DNA of 64,000 nt from a virus, in the IMG/VR virus record IMGVR_UViG_3300032070_000632, positions 1-64,000 of that record. One strand, given 5' to 3'. The notes beneath the pieces were generated by a model that saw nothing but the letters and a program-made list of their open reading frames with translations, had not been told where the DNA came from and ran no database searches. Positions within the stretch are counted from its first letter, which is position 1; each line of letters opens with the position of its first letter. Of this stretch, positions 36,897-47,348 are shown piece by piece. Both the position numbers and the translations under genes were made by a program.

Positions 36897-37211
36897 ATGA
36901 CAGAGGAAAAGAAAAAAGAAAAAGAGGCATTTTCCTTAATTCTAATGAAAGACTGGGAAAAATGGCTTAATATTAAAGACCCAGACTTAGCGGAAGCATT
37001 AGACGATTTCTCCGGCAGTTTGAATATGGAGATGCGGAAGATGACGGCGATAATTTGCAAAACATTGGAAGACGCCAGCATTAAAGATTCGCCGAAACAA
37101 GAGGTAAAAGATGCCATCAATAAATGCTGGTATGACATTAATTCGCATCAAAAAGTTGGTAATAGCAAATTATGCTTTATCATAAAAAAATATTTAAAAA
37201 ATGATATATGA
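36897..37211 (+). CDS. Hypothetical protein
   Basis: ORF; ATGA coupling. Confidence 0.6.
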   Translation: MTEEKKKEKEAFSLILMKDWEKWLNIKDPDLAEALDDFSGSLNMEMRKMTAIICKTLEDASIKDSPKQEVKDAINKCWYDINSHQKVGNSKLCFIIKKYLKNDI

Positions 37212-37987
37212 TAGACCAAGCACGACAAAATAGTAATGAACGCCTTGAGGTAATGTTTAAAGCATTATCCGGCGGCGTTTATACCAACATCACTCCCGAC
37301 ATCTGCACTCTTTTATTAAGAAATTTAGACACTAATTTAATTATTGCTTCCGGCTTGGCGGTTAATTTAGGCCAGCCTTGCTATTATGACCTAACTCCAC
37401 TCTTAACTGACGTTTTAGGTCAATACGAGGCTGTCTGGACGGCGGAGATAGGCACGCAGGAAATAGAACATGTCCAGTATTATGAAGTGATAAAACGTAA
37501 AACCAGATACGCCAACGTGAAAGATGTCATCGAGAGAACGAAAGAAATAGAATTTCCCTCGGGATTGGACATCACTAGATATATCATCGGAGCCGAAGAT
37601 GACATTGATTTATATTTAGGCGAAGTTTATTCCGTGCCGATAGATTTAAAAAGCACTTCACTCACTAAAAAGGATATTCAAACGATTGAGGATTTGGCGG
37701 CGGATTTGTCCACCGGTCGGCTGATAAACGGCTTATCGATGGCGAGCGGTTCCCGCAACGAAGTAGCGAGTGATATTGAAAAAACCGCTTGGAAAAAATT
37801 AATGGACATCAAAGATGGAAAATTGGAATTAGAAAGCGTTACTAAACGTTCAACCGCCACCCGTAAAGATTTGCCGAAAGTCAGCGAGGACCATCCTGAT
37901 TATATTGATAATGAAATTGATGATAATAGTTTTTTCGGTAATACTGATAAAATCGGGTCGCAGAATATTTGGCGGACGCCATACTAA
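37208..37987 (+). CDS. Head-tail adaptor (Mu gp36-like C-domain) with extra N-terminal beta domain
   Basis: YANVKDV, AEDDIDLYLGEVYSVP, LMDIKDGKLEL. Confidence 0.7.
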   Translation: MIDQARQNSNERLEVMFKALSGGVYTNITPDICTLLLRNLDTNLIIASGLAVNLGQPCYYDLTPLLTDVLGQYEAVWTAEIGTQEIEHVQYYEVIKRKTRYANVKDVIERTKEIEFPSGLDITRYIIGAEDDIDLYLGEVYSVPIDLKSTSLTKKDIQTIEDLAADLSTGRLINGLSMASGSRNEVASDIEKTAWKKLMDIKDGKLELESVTKRSTATRKDLPKVSEDHPDYIDNEIDDNSFFGNTDKIGSQNIWRTPY

Positions 37988-37989
37988 TT

Positions 37990-38514
37990 ATGCCCATCCA
38001 AATTGACATAAAAGTTGATGATAGTCAGGTGAGAGGATTGCTGGAGAGAATGGAAAGCATCACCAGCAAAACGGCAAAGTTTTTATCATCTTCGGCCGCG
38101 CCTTACATGCGAGAGAGTTTTCAGAAAAATTTTGAAGCCGAAGGACGACCAAAGTGGCCGGCATTGGCTCCGGCAACGGCGGAATTTAGGCGTAAGGGCA
38201 GAGAACAGGGCTGGTGGGACGCCGGTGATACTTCTCCCATTCTCCACCGCACCGGAGATTTAATGAAAATGGTTGTTTCCACCGAAGAAAAAATAGAGGA
38301 AAATACCGGAGAAATAGTAATGGAAATGAATCCGGAAGATATGCTGGGAAAATTTATCGGTTCGCCACATGGCGGAGCAACATCATATTTAAAACATCAG
38401 TTGGGCGAAGGAAAATTAAAACAGAGACAGATGGTGCTTTTCCAAAACGAAGACATTGAATGGCTAAGCAAACGCTATCAAGATTTTATAACTGAAACAA
38501 TTCAAAATGATTGA
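37990..38514 (+). CDS. Virion morphogenesis/tail completion protein (Mu gpG-like)
   Basis: NFEAEGRPKWPALAPAT, ILHRTGDL, HQLG. Confidence 0.8.
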   Translation: MPIQIDIKVDDSQVRGLLERMESITSKTAKFLSSSAAPYMRESFQKNFEAEGRPKWPALAPATAEFRRKGREQGWWDAGDTSPILHRTGDLMKMVVSTEEKIEENTGEIVMEMNPEDMLGKFIGSPHGGATSYLKHQLGEGKLKQRQMVLFQNEDIEWLSKRYQDFITETIQND

Positions 38515-38983
38515 TAAAATTGTTGACAAATTAATAGAAGTTTTAAATACGGAATTGGGTCCAAATTCTTCGGCGTCAATTAAATTAGGATTGGTGACTA
38601 ATAAATCATTAACCGATTTATCACCGAATAAAACAGTGGCGGTGATTGAGGGACAGATAGAACCTCAGATATTTGAGATAGGAATAAAACAACCGGCGAC
38701 TTGGCTTTATCAGCCGATTGAATTGCAATTATTATGCAAGGGGACGGAAAATGAAGGCAAATCAGCCAGGCGGGAATTAATTTCTTTAATCAGGCAGACA
38801 ATTTATAAAGATAGCGTCAACAGTCAGTTATTGGCTTTGGAAGATACTATCGGCGATGAAAAAGAAAAGGTTTTAAAATATAACATTATAAGAATCCGGA
38901 CTGATTCCGGATTATTAAAAGGGCAGTTTATCTATATTGCCGTATTTCAATTATCTTTTACGACGGAGATAAATGTTATTTAA
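38507..38983 (+). CDS. Putative tail terminator
   Basis: Size and position before the tail tube gene. Confidence 0.55.
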   Translation: MIDKIVDKLIEVLNTELGPNSSASIKLGLVTNKSLTDLSPNKTVAVIEGQIEPQIFEIGIKQPATWLYQPIELQLLCKGTENEGKSARRELISLIRQTIYKDSVNSQLLALEDTIGDEKEKVLKYNIIRIRTDSGLLKGQFIYIAVFQLSFTTEINVI

Positions 38984-39054
38984 TTGAAGTACGGCAATAG
39001 AGAAAAATTAAAAGGTCGTTCTCTAAGCAAATTTAATAAACGAAGATTACAAAT

Positions 39055-40041
39055 ATGTCCTATTCATCACAAACTGGCCATTTTGGGGCCAGAAAACAAG
39101 ACAGTAAAGGAACTTACAAAACTCCGTTATTCTTCTTCAAGTTGACGGCTGGCGGTTTGGGTTCTAATTCGGAATTATTGGTTCCGGACCCGGAAATCGG
39201 TGGCGGTCGTGATATTGATGAAGCGGCCGTGGGAGCAATTTCTTACGGAGGCACGTATGAATTTAATTTTCGTTCCGAAGATATTGGCGTTTTATTGTAT
39301 GCCGCTTTAGGTGCGGTAACTGTATCCGGTTTGGGAGGCGGTGCTTATAAGCATACTTTCACTCCGGCCAATACTTTACCTTGGTTATCGATTGAGGAAA
39401 AAATATCCGATACTTACGATACTTTCCAATATACCGATGCCAGAGTTTCATCTTTGGAATTAAATTCAGACGCTAACGCTTTCTTGAACGGTTCGTGCGA
39501 TATGATTGCCATTACGCAATCAGGCAATGCTACTGCATCATCGCCGACGTTTGACGCTTCCCCGATTTTAACCGCTCATACCGGTTATATCAGTTTGGAA
39601 GGTGCCCAAATTTACGTCCGCAGTGCGAAATTCTCTTTCAATAATAATTTGGAAGATGACGATTTCCGCGTTGGACGCCGCACGCTGGGAGATATTCCCG
39701 AGCATCGCCGTGAGTTATCCGCTACTTTAACTATTCGCCCCGATAGCAACGCCCTATATCGCAAAGCCGTTTATGGCAATGCTTCGGCTCACGTTCCAAC
39801 CAATGACGTCTATTCCGGTGAATTGATAATGCAGTGGGATTCCGGTTCAAACGTGATTGGTTCCACCGCCTATCCTTACAAACTCAAAGTCACTGTTCCT
39901 AATGCGTATTTCCGCCCGTTCACCATTGAACCGTCCGGAGACGACATTATTGAACACGATTTGGAACTTTTACCAGTTGCTTTGTCAGGGAACATCGTCA
40001 CAATTGAATTGTGGAATGGAGTGGCGAGTTTTGAGGCATAA
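39055..40041 (+). CDS. Major tail tube protein
   Basis: LLYAALG, YKHTFTP..LPWLSIE, FNNNL; position. Confidence 0.85.
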   Translation: MSYSSQTGHFGARKQDSKGTYKTPLFFFKLTAGGLGSNSELLVPDPEIGGGRDIDEAAVGAISYGGTYEFNFRSEDIGVLLYAALGAVTVSGLGGGAYKHTFTPANTLPWLSIEEKISDTYDTFQYTDARVSSLELNSDANAFLNGSCDMIAITQSGNATASSPTFDASPILTAHTGYISLEGAQIYVRSAKFSFNNNLEDDDFRVGRRTLGDIPEHRRELSATLTIRPDSNALYRKAVYGNASAHVPTNDVYSGELIMQWDSGSNVIGSTAYPYKLKVTVPNAYFRPFTIEPSGDDIIEHDLELLPVALSGNIVTIELWNGVASFEA

Positions 40042-40093
40042 TAAGTTGTAATCTTCTCAACTTCAAACCCTTAAATAATCTAAAGATAAATAT

Positions 40094-40564
40094 ATGGGAG
40101 AAGAAAGTGTGAAAGATTCGCAGACACCAGAAAATAAACCGGCGGAAAAAACTCCGAAGGTTTATTTTGGTGTTCATCAAACAAACGTATTTCGTTTTCC
40201 GGAAGATGAAAATCAATTCATCGAGTTCAAAAAACTGAACGAAGGAGAACGCCAACTCTACGAAGACCGCACTGGCCGCCAATTGTCAATGGATAAAAAT
40301 TCCGATAACGTCAAAATGGATTTATCCGCCGGCAAGGACCGTGCGGTTTTGTTTTCCTTGGTGATGACAAAATACAGTTTTTATATCATGGAAAATGACA
40401 AGCCGGTATTAAAACAAGGAGACAGCAAAAACAGAGCCGAGTGGGAACAATTGGTTAAAGAGATGGACGGAGAATTAGCCCAGTCATTTTTTGAAGAAGT
40501 AAAAAGATTAAACGTCTGGATTAAAGCCAATGAAACCGAGGTAAAGGTTGAGCAAAAAAAATAG
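40094..40564 (+). CDS. Tail assembly chaperone (lambda gpG-like)
   Basis: Between tail tube and tape measure; ends CAA AAA AAA TAG. Confidence 0.8.
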   Translation: MGEESVKDSQTPENKPAEKTPKVYFGVHQTNVFRFPEDENQFIEFKKLNEGERQLYEDRTGRQLSMDKNSDNVKMDLSAGKDRAVLFSLVMTKYSFYIMENDKPVLKQGDSKNRAEWEQLVKEMDGELAQSFFEEVKRLNVWIKANETEVKVEQKK

Positions 40565-40818
40565 TTGAACTCAGGAGACAGGCTAACTATTGGGCGAAGG
40601 GAATAAAAATTTCCAATCCCGACCCAGTGTTATCGCTTTATTCTTTGTGTAAAGAGTTTAATATTCTTCCCAATGCGGGAGGATTATATGAACAGTCTCC
40701 TGAGGTGGTATTCTATTTTTCCGTTATCGCCGGAGAAGTCAATAAGGTTGAATCGGAAAAAGCCAAAGAAATGGAACGAAAAAATAAGTTTTCAGGCAGA
40801 GGGATACGCCACAGGTAA
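40554..40818 (+). CDS. -1 frameshift extension of the chaperone (gpGT-like)
   Basis: A8 run at 40554-40561; -1 frame open: IVELRRQANYWAKG...LPNAGGLYEQ. Confidence 0.8.
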
Positions 40819-40846
40819 AGCCTAAAAAATTTAGGTTGATTTAATT

Positions 40847-43800
40847 ATGGCTGACACACAAGCCACCTTGGTATTAAAAGTTAATATTGCCGAAATTGCC
40901 AAATTAAAAGAAGTGGCAAAGAATTTAGATACCATAAAAGAAAAAGCCAAGGCGTTTAATTCCGTTAGCCGAGAGGCATCCACGGCTAAAACATCAATCA
41001 AAGAAATGACCACGGCGGTTTCCACCGCCCAAAGTGCCATGGGAAAATTAGAGAGAGGAATGGCATCGGCGAATACCAGCATCGCCACTTGGCGGCAAGG
41101 ATTATTTTCCTGGTCGGAACGGATGATAGACGTTAATAAAAAACTATTGGGATTTGGCAAAAATATCCAATGGACCGGCCGTCAGCTTACTTATGGTTTT
41201 TCTCTGCCGATTGCTCTTGCCGGATTTTTAGCGGTCAAGACCGCTATGGGTATAGAAAGTTCATGGATTAGAGTTAAAAAAGTTTATGGCGATACGGCGA
41301 CGGAAGCCACTTCTTTTGCGGAAGTGCAGGAAAAAATATTAAGTCCGGCGGTTGACCGGCTTTCTTTAGTTTTTGCCCAAAGCAAAAATGACATAGTAGA
41401 TATTATGGCTAGTTGGGCGGCGATGGGAGTTACTGGAAAAGATTTGGCGAATATCACACAAGAGACAATGAGTTATATGGTCGCCGGCGACATTGATGCG
41501 GCGAAGGCGACGGAATATCTGTCTTCTGCCGTAGCAATTTTTAATTTAAACACGGAACAAGCCCACACATCTATGGCTCAGCTTAACGCCGTAGAAAATG
41601 CCACAAAAGCGACGATGGTTGATTTAGGCGAGGCAATTATGCGTGTCGGCGAATCAGCCAGCCAAGCTGGATTAAGCATCGCTGATACGGCGGCTTATGT
41701 CGCTCAATTGCGTTCCTCGGGTGCGACTGCCACGGTATCCGGCCGTGCGTTGCGAAGCGTCATTGGCAGTTTGGCTAAACCAACCTCTGAGGCGATAAAA
41801 TTAGTAAGCGCATTATCGCAAAAATATTTAGGAGTAGGTTTGAATATGAACAGTGCCGCTTTTCAATCAATGTCATTTAAAAAAAGAATGGAGGAACTAG
41901 GCAGAGTTTATGAAAAATTATCCGAGGCTCAAAAAAATCAATTAGCATTGGTCGTCGCCGGCAAAGACCAGTTTGCCAGGTTTTCATCTTTATTAAAAGG
42001 CGTGGTTGATGAAACGTCCGCTTATCATATCACTTTGGCGGCCGCTTTGGACCCGTCAGTAGTCGCTAACTATGAAAAAGAAGTAGTGACCGTATTGGAA
42101 TCAGCTCCAATGATGTGGCAGGGATTAAAAGTGGCGGTGGAAAATATGGCGGCTTCATGGGGAGGGATTATTTCTCAGACATTAATGCCGTTAGTTCAGT
42201 GGCTGATTGGTTTGGCATCGGCTTTTAGAAAAATATCTCCCGAAGTGCAAAGAAACATTACTATTTTTTTAGCATTGGCGGCAGTACTCGGACCGGTCTT
42301 GATGTATATTGGTTTCATCGCCCAAGGTTTGGCTGTATTAAAAATAGCCTTCTTTTCTTTGACGAAAATGATTGGATTGAGTACTGGTTCATTTCTTATT
42401 TTTTTATCAGTATTAATGGCTTTATGCGCCGCCTTCAAATTAAACATCGGCGGTATGGGCGATTGGGTAAAAGGATTGATGAATAACATTAAAGAGTTGA
42501 CTTATAGTATTGGTGATATTGGCAAAGTGGTGGATGAAAGTGCCACCGGCTTAAAATCTTTAGGCGGAGTAATGAATAAGACTGGCGAAGACATGGCGGA
42601 TGGTATCGGCGAGGGTTTAGGTGAAGGATTATCCAGTCTGACTAATTCCAATATTAGAAATCAAATGGAAACGTTTGGTATGGCTTTGCAGAAAAATTTT
42701 TTAAAAGGATTTTCCGAAGTTGACACTGGCATGTTAAGCACCGCCATTAGTTTGATAAAAGATTATTATAATGATTTGATTCAATCAAACGAAATGTCGG
42801 TTGAAAACGCTTTGAGCGGAATAAAATCATCAATTAATTCCGTCGCCGAAGCGATTGCCAACAGCAACGCCACTAAATCAGTGCTTAATATTTACGACGC
42901 CTTAAAAGATAAAATCGGTGCGGTCAACGCTGAGATGTTAAACAGCGTTTTGGCCGCCCAGCAAAAAGTGGGAAAACTTGACGCTGAATTGGAAGCTCAT
43001 AAAAAAATATATGAGGCGGCTAAAAGCGAATACGAAGCACAAAAAGAGTATGTTGATTTTTTAACTCAAAGCAACAAAGACATCAGTATCGAAGTAACAA
43101 CCAGTGAAAAAAATAGAATGTGGGAAATCAAGGCAAAAATAAAAGAAGTCTCTAAAGCTAATTTAGAGGAATTGCAGGCGGAAAAAAGAAAAGCATTAAT
43201 ATTGGCTAAAGGAATGAAAGACCAGGAAAAAGATATTAAAAAACGAGAGGAAGAATTAAACGCGGCTAAAGATTTGCTAAAAATAGAACAAGAACTAATG
43301 CAAATTAGAAGAAGCATGCTGGATATGGTTCAAGTTACGTCAACTGCCGGCGGATTAACTGCGACGACTGGTTTAACCGATGTTGCCGCTACCATGCCCG
43401 ATTTAGGCGGGACGTTGGGTGGATTAAGTGAATTTGGTGCGGTTAGCGGTGAATTTGATAAGAATGTTGACGGCATGATGGATAAGTTAAAAGATTTAGG
43501 CAAAGTAGCCGAAGTAGTCGGTCTAGCATTATTAGGCGGTGCTCTTAATAGGGCGGTTAAAACAATATTCGGCGTAAGTATGGTCGAATATGCCAAGAGC
43601 ATTTTAGGTTTGACTTCCGCCTTGAAAATACTTGCCGGTTTGGGAGTGGCGGCGGCGACTATTTATACGATTAGCGTAATTTTTAAATTTTGGAAAGGAA
43701 CGGAAGAAATAAAAACAAATATAGAGGATGCTTTGAGCGGCACTTTACAATTAATGGATAATTTAAGAAAACAAGGAAATTATCAGGCGGCGATTGAAAT

Positions 43801-44890
43801 CGGTGTTAAATTCAGTTTGGATATGCAAAATTTAGATAAAATGCTGGCGGGTGCTCAAGAAAAAATAATAACGTCTTTTGGTTTATTATTAGGCGGGGCG
43901 GTCATTGCTTTATTAGGTCTGGGCACTGGCGGTGCGGCTCCATTAATTGCTTTAACTTTAGGAACATTGATGGCCACAATTCCGTTTGTCTTTGATATGA
44001 AAGACGTGACGGTAAAAGATTGGTCGAAAGAATTTGTTAATTTGGCGTGGGATTTAATAAAAAGTCTTGGTAATTTTAATCCTTTTGACGTCATCTTTGA
44101 TACTGGAAAATTGCGAGAACAAATAACCGAAGCTATAAGAAATTTACCGTCAACTATCAGCAGTGCTTTCAGCAGTATAAAGCCAGTGATTGACAATGTC
44201 GTAAATTGGTTTGCTGAATTGCCAGGACGAATATGGAACGCTACAGATGATATTTTAACTTCATGGAAAAAACTTCCTCAAAATTTAAGAGAAGTTTGGA
44301 GTGATATAAAAACTAAATTTTCTACATGGATTTCCGAGATGAGTATTGGAGCAAATTTTTCAAGTATAGTTAATAATATTTTAACATCATTTAAAAATCT
44401 TCCCCAAAATTTAGCAGAAATTTGGGACAAAATAAAAAGTGGTTTTTTAGGCATATTTAGTAATGCTAATTTTAGTATTAATTTAGAACCATTAAAAACT
44501 AAATTTAATGAGTTAGTTACTTTTTTTAAAGAAATACCAAATAGAATAAAAAATACATTAAGAACTTATGGCGGTTGGCTTGGAACTTTTATTGCTGACC
44601 ATTTTCAAACTGGAGGTTTGGTATCAGGTAATTTTTCTCAGGCGGTTCCGGTTATAGCCCATGGAGGAGAAATGATTTTAAACAGGCATCAACAATCGGA
44701 ATTATTTAATCAATTAAATAATCCATCGCCGATGTCTTATGAAAAAAATAATGGTAATAATCAAATTAATTATACCATTGAGTTTAATGTGGGGAATATG
44801 ATTTGTAGTGAAGCGGAAAAGAGAGAATTTGCTAGGTCAATACAACGTAGTCTTCAACAGGATGTCAGAAGAATCGGCCCGGCGTTATAG
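40847..44890 (+). CDS. Tape measure protein
   Basis: 1347 aa, Ala/Gly-rich helical with TM-like segments; ends FQTGG...AHGGEMIL. Confidence 0.92.
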   Translation: MADTQATLVLKVNIAEIAKLKEVAKNLDTIKEKAKAFNSVSREASTAKTSIKEMTTAVSTAQSAMGKLERGMASANTSIATWRQGLFSWSERMIDVNKKLLGFGKNIQWTGRQLTYGFSLPIALAGFLAVKTAMGIESSWIRVKKVYGDTATEATSFAEVQEKILSPAVDRLSLVFAQSKNDIVDIMASWAAMGVTGKDLANITQETMSYMVAGDIDAAKATEYLSSAVAIFNLNTEQAHTSMAQLNAVENATKATMVDLGEAIMRVGESASQAGLSIADTAAYVAQLRSSGATATVSGRALRSVIGSLAKPTSEAIKLVSALSQKYLGVGLNMNSAAFQSMSFKKRMEELGRVYEKLSEAQKNQLALVVAGKDQFARFSSLLKGVVDETSAYHITLAAALDPSVVANYEKEVVTVLESAPMMWQGLKVAVENMAASWGGIISQTLMPLVQWLIGLASAFRKISPEVQRNITIFLALAAVLGPVLMYIGFIAQGLAVLKIAFFSLTKMIGLSTGSFLIFLSVLMALCAAFKLNIGGMGDWVKGLMNNIKELTYSIGDIGKVVDESATGLKSLGGVMNKTGEDMADGIGEGLGEGLSSLTNSNIRNQMETFGMALQKNFLKGFSEVDTGMLSTAISLIKDYYNDLIQSNEMSVENALSGIKSSINSVAEAIANSNATKSVLNIYDALKDKIGAVNAEMLNSVLAAQQKVGKLDAELEAHKKIYEAAKSEYEAQKEYVDFLTQSNKDISIEVTTSEKNRMWEIKAKIKEVSKANLEELQAEKRKALILAKGMKDQEKDIKKREEELNAAKDLLKIEQELMQIRRSMLDMVQVTSTAGGLTATTGLTDVAATMPDLGGTLGGLSEFGAVSGEFDKNVDGMMDKLKDLGKVAEVVGLALLGGALNRAVKTIFGVSMVEYAKSILGLTSALKILAGLGVAAATIYTISVIFKFWKGTEEIKTNIEDALSGTLQLMDNLRKQGNYQAAIEIGVKFSLDMQNLDKMLAGAQEKIITSFGLLLGGAVIALLGLGTGGAAPLIALTLGTLMATIPFVFDMKDVTVKDWSKEFVNLAWDLIKSLGNFNPFDVIFDTGKLREQITEAIRNLPSTISSAFSSIKPVIDNVVNWFAELPGRIWNATDDILTSWKKLPQNLREVWSDIKTKFSTWISEMSIGANFSSIVNNILTSFKNLPQNLAEIWDKIKSGFLGIFSNANFSINLEPLKTKFNELVTFFKEIPNRIKNTLRTYGGWLGTFIADHFQTGGLVSGNFSQAVPVIAHGGEMILNRHQQSELFNQLNNPSPMSYEKNNGNNQINYTIEFNVGNMICSEAEKREFARSIQRSLQQDVRRIGPAL

Positions 44891-44897
44891 TTTATTA

Positions 44898-44984
44898 TTA
44901 AATTAATAAGAATAAAGCATAAAAAACGATTAACCAATAAACCAATTCTTTTAAATTTTTACGAGGATTCAAATCTAATTTCAT
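44898..44984 (-). CDS. 28-aa antisense hydrophobic peptide (not in the ORF track)
   Basis: MKLDLNPRKNLKELVYWLIVFYALFLLI then TAA TAA TAA. Confidence 0.45.
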   Translation of the reverse strand: MKLDLNPRKNLKELVYWLIVFYALFLLI

Positions 44985-45020
44985 ATATATAAATTAATAA
45001 TATAATTATATCATAAAAAT

Positions 45021-45368
45021 ATGTCTTGGGCAACACTTGGAAGCGTACAACTTGATAATCCAAATAGTTTAAGAGAGAGTAATATCGTGCACGGAGCGGA
45101 TACGACTACTCTAAACGGCACTACTCGCCGTGCCATTCGGGCAATAAAAAAAGCCTGGACGTTTTCTTATAATTATTTAAGCGTATCAAAATATGACGAA
45201 ATTTACGCCTTAGTCTCCGCCGGCGATGCCGTTATTTTTTCTATCATTGATACGAGTGTTGTTAATATACAAAATAAAACTGTTTTTATTAATATGGACG
45301 CCAGAGAATTTGTCGCCGGCAATCCCAGTTATTTAGCCGGAGTCACTATCACTTTGACGGAAGAATAA
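45021..45368 (+). CDS. Distal tail protein (lambda gpM-like)
   Basis: Follows tape measure; TLNGT.R, WTFSY..L, ITLTE. Confidence 0.7.
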   Translation: MSWATLGSVQLDNPNSLRESNIVHGADTTTLNGTTRRAIRAIKKAWTFSYNYLSVSKYDEIYALVSAGDAVIFSIIDTSVVNIQNKTVFINMDAREFVAGNPSYLAGVTITLTEE

Positions 45369-45370
45369 TA

Positions 45371-47347
45371 ATGCCTACCAATAATTCAACAATTAATTCC
45401 AAGGCGCGGATAAACGTTTCTTACGCCAAAGCCATTGAAGCACCCACCCGTTTTCCGAGTGCTAAAATTTTTTTTTCCTGGGATAGGTCGCGTAATTTGA
45501 CGGCTGATGGCTGGCAATTTTTAAACGAAAGCGAACACTTATCGGGCGTGGAAGTTTTTGACGAATTAGAAGGTTCAGTCGGGGAATCGGTGATTACCGA
45601 AGCTGATATTTCTTTGGATAATATAGATGAGAGATTCTTGCCAGGCGATTTTAAAAATAAATTAAAAAATCCTTCTTTTGAATTAAACGCCACGGCGACT
45701 TACTGGACGACAATCTCCGGCGGCGGAGCGATAAACACCAGTGAAGTAAAAACACGTTTGCGAAGTTATAAAATACAGACCGTGGCGGCAAAGTTGTTAT
45801 CCGACAATATGTTCATCGCTTCCGGTTTGGGGGAAGAGTATATTAATCAGGACGAAAATTGGGTGTTTTCTTTATACATGAAAGGAAGTGGCAATGCCGC
45901 CTTGCGATTGTATGCGTTTGACGTCACTAATTCCGGCGGGACTGATTATGCAACCGGCTTATTAGCGTCCGCTTCGACTACTGGAATCGCCCTAACCGGC
46001 AGTTTTGCCAGGTCAAACGTGTCTTTAGTGGTTCCATCAGGTACCGCTTCTTTGCGGGCACTATTTGAACTTGAATCCGGCGTTAATTTATACGCCGATG
46101 ACGGCATGGTGGAACGGGGAAGCGTAGCGACTGATTTTTTTGACATTGACGAATATATCCGGCACTTAATTTTGCCTAACCGACCAGTGGTTGTTGATAT
46201 TGGTTTTTCCACCCAAGGAATTACCGCCTCAGGTACCGGCATTACTTATAAAAGAGTTTTTAACGGATTGACTGATTCGCTAAAACCAAATCTAAAAGAA
46301 GAAACCATCGCTATTCATTGTCTTGATTGGGCGTCAAAATTAGAGGAGATGCAAGCCCCGTCAATCATGTATGAAAATAAAAGGACGGATGAATTATTAG
46401 AATATCTCGCTTTAGCGGCCGGGCTGACTATCACTGAATATGATTTTGAAGTCGGAGTATTAACCATTCCTTTCTGTTGGTTCAGCGATGAGGAAGACCA
46501 AAGTATTTGGTGGTGGATGAAAAAAATAGCGGAGGCGGAAAACGGCCGGATATTTTTTGACACGGATGGCATTTTAAAATTTTGGAACAGAAACCATTAT
46601 AAAAATAATAAAACATCTCAATATGTTTATAATTTTGACAGTAATACTGATGACATAAATTTTGAAGTTTCACCGGAAAAAATAATCAATCACGTTAAAG
46701 TCATCGCCAAGCCTCGGGCGGTCCAGCCAAATCAAATTATTTGGATTTTACAAAGTTATGAAACCATACCGGCTGGAGAATCACTGGATTACGAAATAAC
46801 AGTTGACGACCCTTGCTATGCCATGAGTACGCCGGTCGCCAGCATTGATTATTTGGGAAACAGCGAAAGCGATGGCAGTGGCACTGATTTAACCGCTTAT
46901 CTGACTATTACTGATTTCGTCGTCAAAGCAAAAAAAGCGACGATGAAGATAAATAATATTCATCCGACTGATATTGTTTATCTGACGTTTTTTCAAGTCA
47001 AAGGAGAACCGGCTACTATTTTGCAGGAAATGGAAGTGGAGGTAAAAGATACGGAATCAATTTCTTTATATCGTGATAAATATTTGGAAATTGAAAATGA
47101 GTATATTCAGGATTTGGATGAAGCGGAGGCGTTGGCAAAAAGAATTATTATTGAACGCCGCAATCCCTTGACTTTTATTGAAATTGAAGCGGTCGGCAAT
47201 CCGGAAATAAACGTGGGCGACGTAGTCACCGTGCAGGATAATTATGACGGCACTACTAAAGATTTATTTGTGGTAGGCAACAGATTAAGTTTTTCCGGCG
47301 ATGTCATTCAAAATTTAAGATTAGAATCAAAAATTTTAGATTATTAA
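45371..47347 (+). CDS. Tail tip/hub protein with inserted carbohydrate-binding-like domain
   Basis: ISLDN.D.RF, NPSFE...W insertion, GRIFFD.DG.L.F, GNP.INVGDVV. Confidence 0.75.
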   Translation: MPTNNSTINSKARINVSYAKAIEAPTRFPSAKIFFSWDRSRNLTADGWQFLNESEHLSGVEVFDELEGSVGESVITEADISLDNIDERFLPGDFKNKLKNPSFELNATATYWTTISGGGAINTSEVKTRLRSYKIQTVAAKLLSDNMFIASGLGEEYINQDENWVFSLYMKGSGNAALRLYAFDVTNSGGTDYATGLLASASTTGIALTGSFARSNVSLVVPSGTASLRALFELESGVNLYADDGMVERGSVATDFFDIDEYIRHLILPNRPVVVDIGFSTQGITASGTGITYKRVFNGLTDSLKPNLKEETIAIHCLDWASKLEEMQAPSIMYENKRTDELLEYLALAAGLTITEYDFEVGVLTIPFCWFSDEEDQSIWWWMKKIAEAENGRIFFDTDGILKFWNRNHYKNNKTSQYVYNFDSNTDDINFEVSPEKIINHVKVIAKPRAVQPNQIIWILQSYETIPAGESLDYEITVDDPCYAMSTPVASIDYLGNSESDGSGTDLTAYLTITDFVVKAKKATMKINNIHPTDIVYLTFFQVKGEPATILQEMEVEVKDTESISLYRDKYLEIENEYIQDLDEAEALAKRIIIERRNPLTFIEIEAVGNPEINVGDVVTVQDNYDGTTKDLFVVGNRLSFSGDVIQNLRLESKILDY

Positions 47348-47348
47348 T

